Positions 9,822-20,767 are shown, numbered from the stretch's first letter. The stretch is DNA of 64,000 nucleotides from Spirochaetaceae bacterium (GCA_051531975.1 JAOPTT010000007.1:56985-120984), one strand, 5' to 3'. The notes: a model not told the origin generated them from the letters alone. A program made the numbers and translations.

Positions 9822-12135
9822 ACTAATAAATTTCTGTATTACTCATTCCAAATCTTGTATCGTCTTTTTCCTTATAGCAACAATTATATTAGGTTGGTTT
9901 GCGTCATCAGTTAAAATTGATTCTAATCTTAAAAATGTACTTCCCAAAGATGGTAAAACATCCTTTGAGGATTTAGATTCTTATCTATTTATTGGCTATA
10001 GTATAAAAGAAGGTGAAGAGTTATTTTCTCTAGAAAGTCTTAATGTATTAAATGATGTTATCTCTGATATAGAATCTTTACCTGAAATAAAAGATACAAT
10101 ATCACTTTTTAATACAGAGACTCTTTTAGTTGGAAGTAGTGGTAGGTTAATCTCTGGTACAACTCTACCAGGAGGTAAGTTCCCAACTAACATAGAAGAA
10201 CTTGAACTCTTTAAAGAGAGAGTTTTAAATAATCCATTTTTTGAGAACTTTTTGGTTGCAGATGGTGGTAAGTATATTATTACAATCTTTTTAACTACTG
10301 CAGAATCAGAAAACAACCTTCTTTTTAATAATAGAGTAGGGGAGATTGTAACACCACTTAGAGAGTATGTAGATGTTAGTGTAGCAGGGGATCTGATTAT
10401 AATTAATAGAGCTGAGTATTATCTTACAAGGGACTTCTCTACTCTGTTAGTTGCAGCTTTAATTGTAATGCTTGTTATTCTGTTTTTTAGTTTTAGATCA
10501 AGAAGAGCACTTCTCCTACCTGTCTCTGTTGTTTTAATTGGTGTTATATGGACTCTAGGTTTTATTTCAATGGCAGGATTTACCCTGTCTGTTGTAACCT
10601 GCGTTGTTCCCGCTCTTGTATTAACTATTGGTAGTTCATATACCATTCATGTTTTAAATGAATTTTATAGAAATGCACCAGACGATTCAAAAGGTGATAG
10701 GAAATGGATTTCTGATGCAGTAAACCATGTTAATAAAACTATTCTTATGGCATCTTTAACAACTATTATTGGTTTTCTAAGTTTATTAGGTGGAAGCCAA
10801 CCAGTTATTAAAGAATTTGCATTATCTGTAAGTTTTGGTGTCGCTTCAACTGCATTTTTATCTCTGTTTTTATTACCAGTTATATTTTCTATGTTAAAAG
10901 ATCCTACTAGTTTACATTTAGAAGTAACAAAAGAAGGGATGTTAACAAAGGTTATTAGTTCTGTAGGTCTGAAAGTATCAAAGTTTAGATATTTGATTGT
11001 AACTATAGGTGTAATTATAGGACTTTCTACATTTTACTTTATACCAAAACTAATAATTGGTTCTGACTATTATTCCTATTTCCCATCTGAGGATCAGGCA
11101 ATAAAAGATCTTCTGCATGTTACTAAAATGAGTGGTGGTACCACTTGGATAAATTTAACATTAGAAGCACCAGATGGTACCGAAGGTTATTTTGGAACAT
11201 ATGAAGGGCTGGAATTACTTTCTGATATTGAAAATGAAATTAAAGAGAGCTCCTATGTATACGATGTTGTATCAATGGTCTCTTATCTTAAAAAGATAAA
11301 TAAACTGCGATTTGGTACCTATGAGGTTCCTAAACGTAAAGGTCTAATTATTTTATTAAAGAAAGCTTTTGATAATATGTTAAGTTCAAACGATGGCATG
11401 TTTAAAGAAGCAACACTAGTTGAAGATAATTATAATGAAGTTACTTTTATGATTCGAATTTATGATAAAGAGAAAGAAATTCCTGTTATTGAAAACGACT
11501 TCCCAATACTTTTAGATACAATAGAAACAGCTCTGATTCCTTCGGGGAAATTAGGAATAAATTCTAATTTATGGGGTGTTGGATATGTCGCTTCAACAGT
11601 CTCAAGAATCCTATTAAAAGATCAAGTTTTAACTCTTATTATCTCATTTATTCTAGTATTTTTTGTTGCATGTGTATATTTTAAATCATTTTATTATGGA
11701 ATAGTAACCATAATTCCGTTAATTACCGCTGTTTGTACAAACTATATTTTTATGGTTATTTTAAATATACCTTTAGATATAACAACAATTATGGTTTCTA
11801 GTGTTGCAATTGGTGTTGGTGTAGACGATGCAATTCATTTTCTAATACAGTATAAATATCAACTTAAACAATATCCTGATGATATAAATAAAGTGTTATA
11901 TAATACTTTCAAGATTACAGGTAGACCAATAGTTTTAACTACTATCTCTATTGTTGCTGGAATGTTGGTTTTAGTTTTAGCAAGTTTTGTTCCTATCGGT
12001 TATTTTGGAATCTTAGTTTCTCTATCTTTAATTGGAGCATTAATTGGAACACTTCTGTTTTTACCTGGAGTATTAGTTATTATGTTTAACCTAAATTTAA
12101 AGATGACATTATTTCTCTCTAGGAGAAAAAATTAG
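9814..12135 (+). CDS. MMPL/RND family transporter
   Basis: Two repeats of 1+5 TM with large soluble loops; IGVGVDDAIHF motif; ATG 9814 has GGAG RBS. Confidence 0.9.
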   Translation: MRKLINFCITHSKSCIVFFLIATIILGWFASSVKIDSNLKNVLPKDGKTSFEDLDSYLFIGYSIKEGEELFSLESLNVLNDVISDIESLPEIKDTISLFNTETLLVGSSGRLISGTTLPGGKFPTNIEELELFKERVLNNPFFENFLVADGGKYIITIFLTTAESENNLLFNNRVGEIVTPLREYVDVSVAGDLIIINRAEYYLTRDFSTLLVAALIVMLVILFFSFRSRRALLLPVSVVLIGVIWTLGFISMAGFTLSVVTCVVPALVLTIGSSYTIHVLNEFYRNAPDDSKGDRKWISDAVNHVNKTILMASLTTIIGFLSLLGGSQPVIKEFALSVSFGVASTAFLSLFLLPVIFSMLKDPTSLHLEVTKEGMLTKVISSVGLKVSKFRYLIVTIGVIIGLSTFYFIPKLIIGSDYYSYFPSEDQAIKDLLHVTKMSGGTTWINLTLEAPDGTEGYFGTYEGLELLSDIENEIKESSYVYDVVSMVSYLKKINKLRFGTYEVPKRKGLIILLKKAFDNMLSSNDGMFKEATLVEDNYNEVTFMIRIYDKEKEIPVIENDFPILLDTIETALIPSGKLGINSNLWGVGYVASTVSRILLKDQVLTLIISFILVFFVACVYFKSFYYGIVTIIPLITAVCTNYIFMVILNIPLDITTIMVSSVAIGVGVDDAIHFLIQYKYQLKQYPDDINKVLYNTFKITGRPIVLTTISIVAGMLVLVLASFVPIGYFGILVSLSLIGALIGTLLFLPGVLVIMFNLNLKMTLFLSRRKN

Positions 12136-12903
12136 TGCAACTAAAGTGATTATATAGGGCAGTGCTAATATAATATCTGATGGTATTGTCCTACCCTGCC
12201 CAATATTTGATAACATCTGGGATAGTGTAAAGATTCCACATCCAATCAGTATTCCAATAGGTCTTTTTCTACCTAAAAATACGATTACTAAAGATATCCA
12301 TCCTCTGCCTGCACTTATTCCTGGGACAAAACTTCTTAGTTCCATACTTAGAAATATACCAGCTAAGGCGGAAAATGTTGCTGAGATTATTACTGGAGTA
12401 ATTCTGTAAAAGTTAGGATTTATATTTGAATATATAAGATTTTTTTTACCACTACCCCGGGCCCTAAGTCGTAATCCATATCTAGTGTAATTGATAATGA
12501 AAATTGATATAAAAGGTAATAATAGGGCTATAAAGGTGATTATTTCTGTATTTATCGGATCAATTTGATCTAATACAATGACACCTTTTGTATTAAAAAT
12601 CTTAACTGCTAGTGCAGAAATAAGTCCAAAAAAGCCCATGTTTATTGCTAACCCTGTAATTATTGGGTTCGCTTTTAACTTTATAGTTGATAAAGAGTGT
12701 AGGAAAGATATGACAATAATTATTAATATTGTAAAAATAACTCCAATATAGATATTGCCTGTAAGTTTAGAAAAAGTAATAAATAGAAAGGCTCCCATGG
12801 TTATATAACCCTCTATTGCAACATTTGTCGTCCCTGAGTGTTCGGTATATAAACCACCAATTGATGCTAATAAAAAAGGAGTTATTATTTGTAAAAAATC
12901 CAT
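12109..12903 (-). CDS. nucleoside/sugar ABC transporter permease
   Basis: EHSGTTNVAIEG, TRYGLRLRA, GRGWISL. Confidence 0.9.
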   Translation of the reverse strand: MDFLQIITPFLLASIGGLYTEHSGTTNVAIEGYITMGAFLFITFSKLTGNIYIGVIFTILIIIVISFLHSLSTIKLKANPIITGLAINMGFFGLISALAVKIFNTKGVIVLDQIDPINTEIITFIALLLPFISIFIINYTRYGLRLRARGSGKKNLIYSNINPNFYRITPVIISATFSALAGIFLSMELRSFVPGISAGRGWISLVIVFLGRKRPIGILIGCGIFTLSQMLSNIGQGRTIPSDIILALPYIITLVALIFSPREK

Positions 12904-13925
12904 TATAGACTTCTCCTTTTTATCATCTGCTCTTTTATCAGTCTAGACGATATTACAAAAAATAGAACACTCTGAATAATAGAAGAAAGCTCTATAGTAA
13001 CATCTGAAGCTACCGATGCGTATCTGGAACCTGCATCTAGATATGAATAAAACAGAGATGAAACTATTACCATTATTGGCTTTGTCCCAGCTAACAGAGC
13101 AGAAGACAGACCATTCCAACCTAAACCACTATGGAACCCAACTATTACTGAGTGGTAGCTTCCTAATACCAATATAATACCTGCAGTACCATGTAACATT
13201 CCACTAATTGTTAAACCTGCTATTTTGTATCTACTACTGTTAATTCCCATTGAATTGGCAAAATCTGTATTTCGACCTGATATATTAAACTCGTAACCCC
13301 ATATAGTCTTTTTTAATATTAGAGCAATTAATATTACAATTATCATGGCAATTATAAATCCAGTTGATAATGCTGAAGGTAGCAATACTCTTCCTAATTC
13401 GTAACTCTTAGGTATTTTGTCTGTAGTTAAAATATTACTTCCAATTTTTATAAATGGACCAGTAATAAAATAATCGCATATATGAATAACTGCCATAGAA
13501 ATTAAATAAGTTGATATTAAACTATTAACCTTATATTTTATTTCTAGAAATGCTGATAACCATGTCATAAATCCTGTTGCCATTATAGTTATAATTACAA
13601 TTATTATTAAGGTGAATGGAGATTCAAATGCCTGTAAATAGGCTGAAAGAATTCCAGTTATTGTAGCACCAAGATATACTTGACCCTCACCACCAAGATT
13701 AAAGCTATTGGATTTAAGTGCAATAAAAGCACCAAGTGATGTAAAAAGCAGTGGAGCTGATTTATTTAGCATATTTCCAAAGCTATATACATTTGTAAAA
13801 GGACCTGTAAAAAAAGAGTAAAATGATAATAGAGGTGTATTACTTAATAACGCGATTAAAATTATAGACGGTACTATCGTTAATAATAGTATTAATATTG
13901 CTGGATGTTTGAAAAGTTTATTCAT
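12903..13925 (-). CDS. nucleoside/sugar ABC transporter permease
   Basis: FNLGGEGQ, GLGWNGL; multiple TMs. Confidence 0.9.
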   Translation of the reverse strand: MNKLFKHPAILILLLTIVPSIILIALLSNTPLLSFYSFFTGPFTNVYSFGNMLNKSAPLLFTSLGAFIALKSNSFNLGGEGQVYLGATITGILSAYLQAFESPFTLIIIVIITIMATGFMTWLSAFLEIKYKVNSLISTYLISMAVIHICDYFITGPFIKIGSNILTTDKIPKSYELGRVLLPSALSTGFIIAMIIVILIALILKKTIWGYEFNISGRNTDFANSMGINSSRYKIAGLTISGMLHGTAGIILVLGSYHSVIVGFHSGLGWNGLSSALLAGTKPIMVIVSSLFYSYLDAGSRYASVASDVTIELSSIIQSVLFFVISSRLIKEQMIKRRSL

Positions 13926-15288
13926 TCAATATTCCTGATGCTAATCTACCAATAACTTCACTAGTAGTTTTTTTACTATTATTAAGTTCTTTAATTATTC
14001 GACCTTTATACATAATAAATATCCTATTTGAAAGTTTAAGGATCTCCTCTATATCCGAGGAAAGTAATAATATACCTCTGTTTTTACCTTTTAATCTTTT
14101 AATTTCGGTATAAATGTTATTAGAACTTTCAATATCTATACCCCAAGTAGGAGAACATAATATTAATGTTTCTGGGTCCTGTTCTAAAACTCTAGCTAAA
14201 ACACTTTTTTGTAGATTTCCACCACTTAAAGTACCAGTCTGACTATTTATAGAGCCTTTAATATTAAACTTCTTTATAAGATTTTCTGAAAACTTATCAA
14301 TTTTTTTTTGGTTTAATATTCCTTTGAAAGAGAACTCTTTTCTTTTCTGAGCGATTAAGGTCTCTTTTAAACTCGAGTTTAGTTCCACTCCCTTTACTAG
14401 CCTATCGGAAGGGACATAACCTATATCCCCAGACTGTAGACTAATTTCTTCTAATTTATCTTCTAGTTCATGTATTCCACAATCACTATAGCCGGTTATC
14501 CCAATTATTTCCTTTTTATGAAGTGTAATCTTGGTATCATTTATATTAAAATCAAAAATAGGAATCCCTACAGAACTATCTGTATTGAGCAAGGTTTTAA
14601 TAATTTTTGTCCCACTCATGTGTTTGGATATTTCATCTAGATTAACTTTATCTGTTTCTACAGTCTCGATAAATCGCCCTTGACGGATTATTGTAAACCT
14701 ATCTGATATTGACGAAATATCTTTTATTTTATGAGATATTATTATTACAGTTTTTCCATTTATTTTTAAAGATTTTATAGTCTTTCTCAATTTATCAGCT
14801 TCGGCATCACTAAGTATTGCTGTAGGTTCATCAAATATTAGAATATCTGCATTATTGTAAATAACTTTGATTATCTCTACCAACTGCTTTTGTCCAATAG
14901 ATAGATTTCTTACTGTTTTTGAAATATCTAGATTAAAATTGTACTTCCTAAGAATTTTTAGAACTAAATCTTTTGCTTTGACTCTATCTATAAAAATACC
15001 AAATTTGGTGGGCTCTTTTCCCATAATAATATTTTCTAAAATTGAAAGCTCTTCTACAAGTCTGAAATGCTGGGAGACCATACCTGTAGTACCAAGAATC
15101 TTGATCTGACCAGAATCACTGTGTTCAATTTTATGTAGAATCTTCATTAAGGTAGATTTTCCTGCCCCATTTTCTCCTACAATTGCATGAATCTCACCAC
15201 TTTTAACACAAAGCTCCATGTTATACAGAGCTTGTGTGTCATTTATAGAAAAGTATTTTGAAATTTGACTCATTTCAATAATATTCAT
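13918..15288 (-). CDS. CUT2-type ABC ATPase (two fused NBDs)
   Basis: GENGAGKST, DEPT, LSGGNLQK, PTWGID. Confidence 0.92.
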   Translation of the reverse strand: MNIIEMSQISKYFSINDTQALYNMELCVKSGEIHAIVGENGAGKSTLMKILHKIEHSDSGQIKILGTTGMVSQHFRLVEELSILENIIMGKEPTKFGIFIDRVKAKDLVLKILRKYNFNLDISKTVRNLSIGQKQLVEIIKVIYNNADILIFDEPTAILSDAEADKLRKTIKSLKINGKTVIIISHKIKDISSISDRFTIIRQGRFIETVETDKVNLDEISKHMSGTKIIKTLLNTDSSVGIPIFDFNINDTKITLHKKEIIGITGYSDCGIHELEDKLEEISLQSGDIGYVPSDRLVKGVELNSSLKETLIAQKRKEFSFKGILNQKKIDKFSENLIKKFNIKGSINSQTGTLSGGNLQKSVLARVLEQDPETLILCSPTWGIDIESSNNIYTEIKRLKGKNRGILLLSSDIEEILKLSNRIFIMYKGRIIKELNNSKKTTSEVIGRLASGILNE

Positions 15289-16271
15289 TATTTTTTAATT
15301 TTTTGAATTACCTTACGCATTTCAGATTTAATTTCTTCTGGTACAAAATCCTGATAACCTGGATCATTCTCTATAAAGTCTATATATCCATCTTTGGCAG
15401 AAAATGTATCTGCTTTTCCAAAAGGTAGAGAACCATTTATATAGTCTGTAACAAGCTTGTATGTTAGCTCTTTTTGTCTAATTATTGTACTTCCTAGAAC
15501 AGTTCCAGGTGCTTTGTCATATCCATTACTGTCAAAATGTATTATGTATTTCCCTAAGTCTTGGCATTTACTAATAACACCCTGGGTTGCCCCACCAGAA
15601 ATAGATAAAAAGACATCTGAACCCTCGTTTATCATTATTGAAGTTAACTCTGCAGCTTTTGTTGCATCGTACCAGTTCCCAACAACTCTTATATCTACAG
15701 TTATTTCAGGATCTACATCGGCTAATCCCTTTACAAAACCGGGAATCAATATTTCATCAAGAATAGGGTAGTGATGTGCAACAACCATCCCAACTTTCTT
15801 TTCTTCATTAGCGCCTTCTAGATTACTAAGAGTAACTAGACCAGCCATATATCCAGCCATATAAGCTTGCTCGAACTGTTCAAATTGTGCTGTGTAAATA
15901 TTGGGATTTCCTACTGTAAAACCATCGAGACATAAAAACTTTTGCTCTGGGAAATCTGCTGATACTTCCTGAAATATTTGTGGCATTGATGGATTTGAAC
16001 TAATAATTAGATCATATTTTCCAGTTGCAGCAATCTCTTTTACTTTTTCTGGCCATTCTGCAGTGTTGAATCCACCCTCTATTGTTTTAACAATAATACT
16101 GCTTTTATCAGCTGCAAGCCGAACTCCAGCATCTAAATCTTCATATATTGGGCTTCCTGCCATTACTCCAGGGATAAAAACTGCGATCTCTTTTGGTCCA
16201 CTTTCTTTCTCAGACATGGAGAAGATTGGGCTGATAATTAAACATGTTATCAATAATAGTATGTATCTCAT
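15288..16271 (-). CDS. BMP family ABC substrate-binding protein
   Basis: AYMAGYMAG, VVGNWYDATKA; signal peptide; first gene of the ABC operon. Confidence 0.88.
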   Translation of the reverse strand: MRYILLLITCLIISPIFSMSEKESGPKEIAVFIPGVMAGSPIYEDLDAGVRLAADKSSIIVKTIEGGFNTAEWPEKVKEIAATGKYDLIISSNPSMPQIFQEVSADFPEQKFLCLDGFTVGNPNIYTAQFEQFEQAYMAGYMAGLVTLSNLEGANEEKKVGMVVAHHYPILDEILIPGFVKGLADVDPEITVDIRVVGNWYDATKAAELTSIMINEGSDVFLSISGGATQGVISKCQDLGKYIIHFDSNGYDKAPGTVLGSTIIRQKELTYKLVTDYINGSLPFGKADTFSAKDGYIDFIENDPGYQDFVPEEIKSEMRKVIQKIKK

Positions 16272-16357
16272 ATTACCTCTTACTTAAATATATTCGTTTT
16301 GGATTAGAAAGTCTATGATACGGTTGAAATCCTTAGAAAGTAGTGTGATAATTAGAT

Positions 16358-17476
16358 ATGATTTTGACAATGGATGTAGGAACTTCTTTTTTTAAAGTAG
16401 GAGTTATTGATATTAAAGGAAATATACTTTTTTTTAATAAAGTTAAGATAACTTTAGACGCTGGAGAATTGAATCCGTACCAGTGGGAAATTTCACTAAT
16501 AAAAGCGTGTAGTTCAATACCTTTAAAGTATTTAAATATAATTGAAGTTATTGTTGTAAGTGGAAATGGACCTACAATTATTCCTATAGGTTCTAGTGGT
16601 AAACCAATTGCTGATGCTCTACTTTGGAACGATACACGTTCTTTATCTGTATCAGATGAGATTAGACAGAAGATTAAACAGAGCCTACCACCTAATTTCT
16701 TTTTAAGTAAAGCATACTGGTTTTATAAGGAACACCCTGAATTATATGATCAAACTGTAAGCTTTTTATCATGCCCTGAATATATATCTTATTTACTAAC
16801 TGGAAATGTATTTACTTTGCTTCCTGTAGAAGGTTTTTCTGCTTTTTACTGGAATAGTGAAAAAATAACGAAATTAGGATTAGACCCGGTTAAATTTCCA
16901 GAATTTATATCTCCATTTCAGACTTATGGTTCTTATTCGAATTTTGATCTTATACCAAAAATCAAAAAGAATATTCCTGTAATCTGCGCTGGGCCAGATT
17001 TTTTAATGTCAATATTAGGATCTGGTTCCATAAAGCAGGGAATACTTTGCGATAGGACAGGTACTAGTGAAGGTCTTAATTTTTGCTCATCTACTCCTAT
17101 ACAGGTTGACAATTTTAGAACTTTACCCCACTTAATGCCCGGGCTTTATACTGTGGCTGGGTTAATCCCAAACTCAGGGGATTATGTCCTAAACAACAAA
17201 TTAGATCTGCTAATAGAGCAGTATAAAAACATATTGAAAGGGCTTTCTGATGCCGGGATAATAGTAGAAGAAATTAGAATTGTTGGTGGGCATGCAAATA
17301 TAGATGAGTTAAATAAATTAAAATCTATGTGCACCAAAGTCCCAATAAAGATTTATGCTGAAGGTTCAGAACTTGTTGGTAATGCTATATTAGGTTCAGT
17401 TGTGACTGGTAAACATCCCGATATAAAATCAGCATGTAAAAGTATGGTAAGGGAAAAATTCTGTTACAACATTTGA
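16358..17476 (+). CDS. FGGY-family carbohydrate kinase with shortened C-terminal domain
   Basis: MDVGTS, ALLWND, GPD, TGTS, VGGHA. Confidence 0.82.
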   Translation: MILTMDVGTSFFKVGVIDIKGNILFFNKVKITLDAGELNPYQWEISLIKACSSIPLKYLNIIEVIVVSGNGPTIIPIGSSGKPIADALLWNDTRSLSVSDEIRQKIKQSLPPNFFLSKAYWFYKEHPELYDQTVSFLSCPEYISYLLTGNVFTLLPVEGFSAFYWNSEKITKLGLDPVKFPEFISPFQTYGSYSNFDLIPKIKKNIPVICAGPDFLMSILGSGSIKQGILCDRTGTSEGLNFCSSTPIQVDNFRTLPHLMPGLYTVAGLIPNSGDYVLNNKLDLLIEQYKNILKGLSDAGIIVEEIRIVGGHANIDELNKLKSMCTKVPIKIYAEGSELVGNAILGSVVTGKHPDIKSACKSMVREKFCYNI

Positions 17477-19065
17477 GAATATTTTTATTTGTATTACCTC
17501 TTTTTCTACTATCCTGTCGTAGTACACCTTCAGAGACTTATGAGAGTAGAATATCAGAATATTTTAACAATAACGATATAAATGATTGGTTGGCAGGGTT
17601 AGAACTAATTAATAAAACTCCAGAAAACCAATTTATCCTTTTATATGAAGTCTATTTAGATCCTAAGTTTAGCTTAATCCGGGATGAAGTTGCTGATACA
17701 ATATTGGGAACTATGGATAGGCAAAACTATGTTTTTCCAGATGTTATTTTTTTAGTACAAAACTCAGAACAAGTTCTATTGATTACCCAGTTAGCATCTA
17801 AATTCAGAATGCCTGATAAGTTAAGATTTTCAGAAACATGTTATCTTCTTGAGAGTTCTGATATTAAAAGCGAATTATTGCAAGGATTAGGGGAAACAGT
17901 GTTGGATTATTCTAATGCTCTTAATCTATATATATCAGATGAGATTCTTGTTAAAGCCGGAGTTATACAAAGTGCTGGGTACATAGTGGGGACTGAGGTG
18001 CAACATTGGCTAGTAGAAAGGTTATATGAAGAGAATACAGAACTATCAACAGGAGCTGTCTTTTCACTGTCTAAACATGGCTCCTATGGCTTATCCCTAC
18101 TAGCAAAAAATCTTCTATATCTATCCAATAGATTAATTTTAGTATCGTTAGATATTTTATCATTTAACAAAGTGGAAGATGCATATCCACTTTTTGCAGA
18201 ATTATTAGTAACAAGAAATGAACTAATTGAAGCAACTGTTGTAAAAGCTTACTCAGATCTTGGTTTAAAGGGAAAAGATTATATTGTAGATGCACTAAGA
18301 ATTTGTCACCCAGAAATTAGATTAACTCTGCTTAATTTGTTAAATAATATTGGGGAGAATGACTTTTTAGAAGAGATCCTATATCTAATAGAATATCCTG
18401 AATTACAAAAATTTATTCTAGAGCTTTATTTTAATAATAGTGCTGTAGATCTAATACGAGAAGTTCTTCTTAATTATAATCTGGATAAAATAGTTATCAA
18501 TTATGCTATACAGAATAATGATAAGATACTTTTTAATGATTATTCATTAACTGAATATACTCTTAATTATTTCCTTTTAAATTACGATCCAGAAATAGTC
18601 TATAATTATTTTACAGCTATAGGTTTTGAAGATAACTATATTAACGACTACTCATTTATGGTAGAAATTTTTAACGAACTAAATTATATAGAAGAAATTG
18701 ATAGCTTAAATGGTGAGATAGAATATGTAACTAAATATTTTGAATTGGAAGATAGTAGTGCTTTAGCTCAAAAAGAAAATGAAACTTTTTTTAAAGGTAT
18801 GGAGAACTGGTTAGAAACCAAAGATAATATTTTTCTTGATGAATCTTTAGCCGTTCGAGAAACAAATAATCCAAGATCTATACAGATTCGAGATTTAAAG
18901 AAAATATATCTAAAATCTTTGAATGAAGAACAGTACTTTAAAATATCAGATTACGAAAAATCAAAAAAAAATGTTGTAGCTAATTATAGGAAACTTACAT
19001 ATCGTCTGAAAGATTTTGCTAGAACACATATATACCATAGAGGTTATTTATCCCTGTTGTTATAA
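17473..19065 (+). CDS. lipoprotein with HEAT-like helical repeats
   Basis: LLSC lipobox, Leu-rich helical repeats; TTG start overlaps the upstream stop. Confidence 0.6.
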   Translation: MRIFLFVLPLFLLSCRSTPSETYESRISEYFNNNDINDWLAGLELINKTPENQFILLYEVYLDPKFSLIRDEVADTILGTMDRQNYVFPDVIFLVQNSEQVLLITQLASKFRMPDKLRFSETCYLLESSDIKSELLQGLGETVLDYSNALNLYISDEILVKAGVIQSAGYIVGTEVQHWLVERLYEENTELSTGAVFSLSKHGSYGLSLLAKNLLYLSNRLILVSLDILSFNKVEDAYPLFAELLVTRNELIEATVVKAYSDLGLKGKDYIVDALRICHPEIRLTLLNLLNNIGENDFLEEILYLIEYPELQKFILELYFNNSAVDLIREVLLNYNLDKIVINYAIQNNDKILFNDYSLTEYTLNYFLLNYDPEIVYNYFTAIGFEDNYINDYSFMVEIFNELNYIEEIDSLNGEIEYVTKYFELEDSSALAQKENETFFKGMENWLETKDNIFLDESLAVRETNNPRSIQIRDLKKIYLKSLNEEQYFKISDYEKSKKNVVANYRKLTYRLKDFARTHIYHRGYLSLLL

Positions 19066-19084
19066 ATTATTAAAAGGGCGAAAA

Positions 19085-19112
19085 AAAAGTGTAATCAAAT
19101 GATTACACTTTT
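19085..19112. terminator. bidirectional intrinsic terminator
   Basis: AAAAGTGTAATC-aaat-GATTACACTTTT between a convergent CDS and the tRNA operon. Confidence 0.8.
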
Positions 19113-19115
19113 ATC

Positions 19116-19189
19116 CGAGAACAACGGGGATCGAACCCGTGATCTACGGCTTGACAGGCCGTCGCGATAACCAGCTTCGCTATGCTCCC
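19116..19189 (-). tRNA. tRNA-Asp(GTC)
   Basis: Cloverleaf; anticodon arm ACGGC-CTGTCAA-GCCGT; GTTCGA T-loop; no encoded CCA. Confidence 0.96.
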
Positions 19190-19232
19190 AATTTGTTGTT
19201 TAGCGCTATTTTACCTAAGTAAAAAAGAGTTA

Positions 19233-19306
19233 CGAGAACAACGGGGATCGAACCCGTGATCTACGGCTTGACAGGCCGTCGCGATAACCAGCTTCGCTAT
19301 GCTCCC
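19233..19306 (-). tRNA. tRNA-Asp(GTC), identical second copy
   Basis: Same 74-nt sequence as 19116..19189. Confidence 0.96.
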
Positions 19307-19325
19307 AATTTAACATCCTAAGAAA

Positions 19326-19398
19326 TACCCCGGAGCCGATTCGAACGGCCGGCCTATCGCTTAGGAGGCGATTGCTCTATCCCCTGAGCTACCGGGGC
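19326..19398 (-). tRNA. tRNA-Arg(CCT)
   Basis: Anticodon arm ATCGC-CTCCTAA-GCGAT; GCCCCGG/CCGGGGT acceptor stem. Confidence 0.95.
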
Positions 19399-19414
19399 GC
19401 TAACAACGAAGATG

Positions 19415-19443
19415 ATATTAAGCAAACAACAGAAAAGAGTCAA
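19415..19443 (-). promoter_or_regulatory. sigma70 promoter of the tRNA Arg-Asp-Asp operon
   Basis: TTGACT-17-TAATAT on the minus strand. Confidence 0.65.
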
Positions 19444-19474
19444 CACCTTCTAGTTATTTATTATTAAAATTATA

Positions 19475-20572
19475 TTATTTAATATAATATCTTTTTACTC
19501 TATGAATATTTGTTAGTACTTCATAACTGATTGTTCCAATTTTTAATGCAATGGTATGGGCATTGGGTTCACCCTTTTTTGTCCCTATAAGGGTCACCTT
19601 GTCATATAGTTTAACAGTAGAATCAACTTCTAACATAATTTGATCCATACATATATTACCAACAATAGGGTAAATTTTATTATTAATTGAAACCTTTCCT
19701 AAATTAGATAATAGCCTAAAATATCCATCGGCGTATCCTATAGGTATTGTGGCTATAAATGTCTGCTTTGTTGTTGTATATGTCCGCCCATAGGATATAG
19801 AGCTACCTTTAGGGACTTGTTTAAGAGACACCACCTCTGTTTCTAATTCTAATACTGGCTTTAATCTAAAAACATTTTGTAGATATTCTGCTGGAGGATA
19901 TCCATAAAGAGTTATACCTGGTCTCACCATATTAAAAATTGAATCTGGGTTGATAGATATTCCACCAGAATTTGCAGCGTGTATGCACTGTGGTTTTATG
20001 TTTTCTGACTTTAAGTCTGTTAAAACATCTTTGAAAAGAGATAATTGTCTGTTTGTATAATCCTGGTTTTCAGATTCAGATGTTGATAAGTGGGTGCAAA
20101 TACCCTTAAGATTTAAATACTTTGAAACCTTAATTTTTAGTGCAATATCAAGCGCATCAGCTGGGGTACAACCAATTCTACCCATACCAGTATCAACTTT
20201 TAGGTGCACATTTGTTATTTTCCCTTGTGTGATACTCTCTTTTTCAATCTCTTGTATATAATTTATTGATGATACTACTGTCTCTATACCTAGCCTTACA
20301 ATATCCTTAACTTCAGATATAGACTGTAATGAATATAATATTATAGGAACTTTTATTCCATTGTTAAGAAGTTCTTCAGCTTCGTATATCGTTGCTACAC
20401 CAAAAAAATCACAACCATTTTCTTCTAAAGTCTTGGCAACTTGTACTGCGCCATGTCCATAAGCATTCGCTTTTACAGCTGCAGAGATCATAATATCGGG
20501 ACACCTTTTTTTAATTTGTAAAAAGTTATCCACTAAGTTATTTAAATGAATTTTTACTTTTGTGCACCTCAT
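19475..20572 (-). CDS. alr: alanine racemase
   Basis: VKANAYGHG (PLP lysine), HLKVDTGMGRIG, VRPGI, GYADG, CMDQ. Confidence 0.97.
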   Translation of the reverse strand: MRCTKVKIHLNNLVDNFLQIKKRCPDIMISAAVKANAYGHGAVQVAKTLEENGCDFFGVATIYEAEELLNNGIKVPIILYSLQSISEVKDIVRLGIETVVSSINYIQEIEKESITQGKITNVHLKVDTGMGRIGCTPADALDIALKIKVSKYLNLKGICTHLSTSESENQDYTNRQLSLFKDVLTDLKSENIKPQCIHAANSGGISINPDSIFNMVRPGITLYGYPPAEYLQNVFRLKPVLELETEVVSLKQVPKGSSISYGRTYTTTKQTFIATIPIGYADGYFRLLSNLGKVSINNKIYPIVGNICMDQIMLEVDSTVKLYDKVTLIGTKKGEPNAHTIALKIGTISYEVLTNIHRVKRYYIK

Positions 20573-20767
20573 TTAATTTTTCCTTTGATTTTTATTTACA
20601 TAGTATTAAACTATTAATATGTTAAAAAATAAATATAAATCACATGTAATTTTAATCATATGTTTTTTTACATCATTTATAGTGCAATTAGTATTTACCC
20701 AAATGCTTTTACATTTTGGTTTTTTTAATGCATAATAGTTTTTTAATAGTTTTATGGAAGGTAACCT

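Noticed and set aside
13918..15288. Degenerate Walker A in the second NBD and LSIGQ in the first
   Set aside because: Normal asymmetry of CUT2-family fused ATPases.
19116..19306. 74-bp exact direct repeat
   Set aside because: Two complete tRNA-Asp genes in a tRNA operon; ordinary gene dosage, not an att site.
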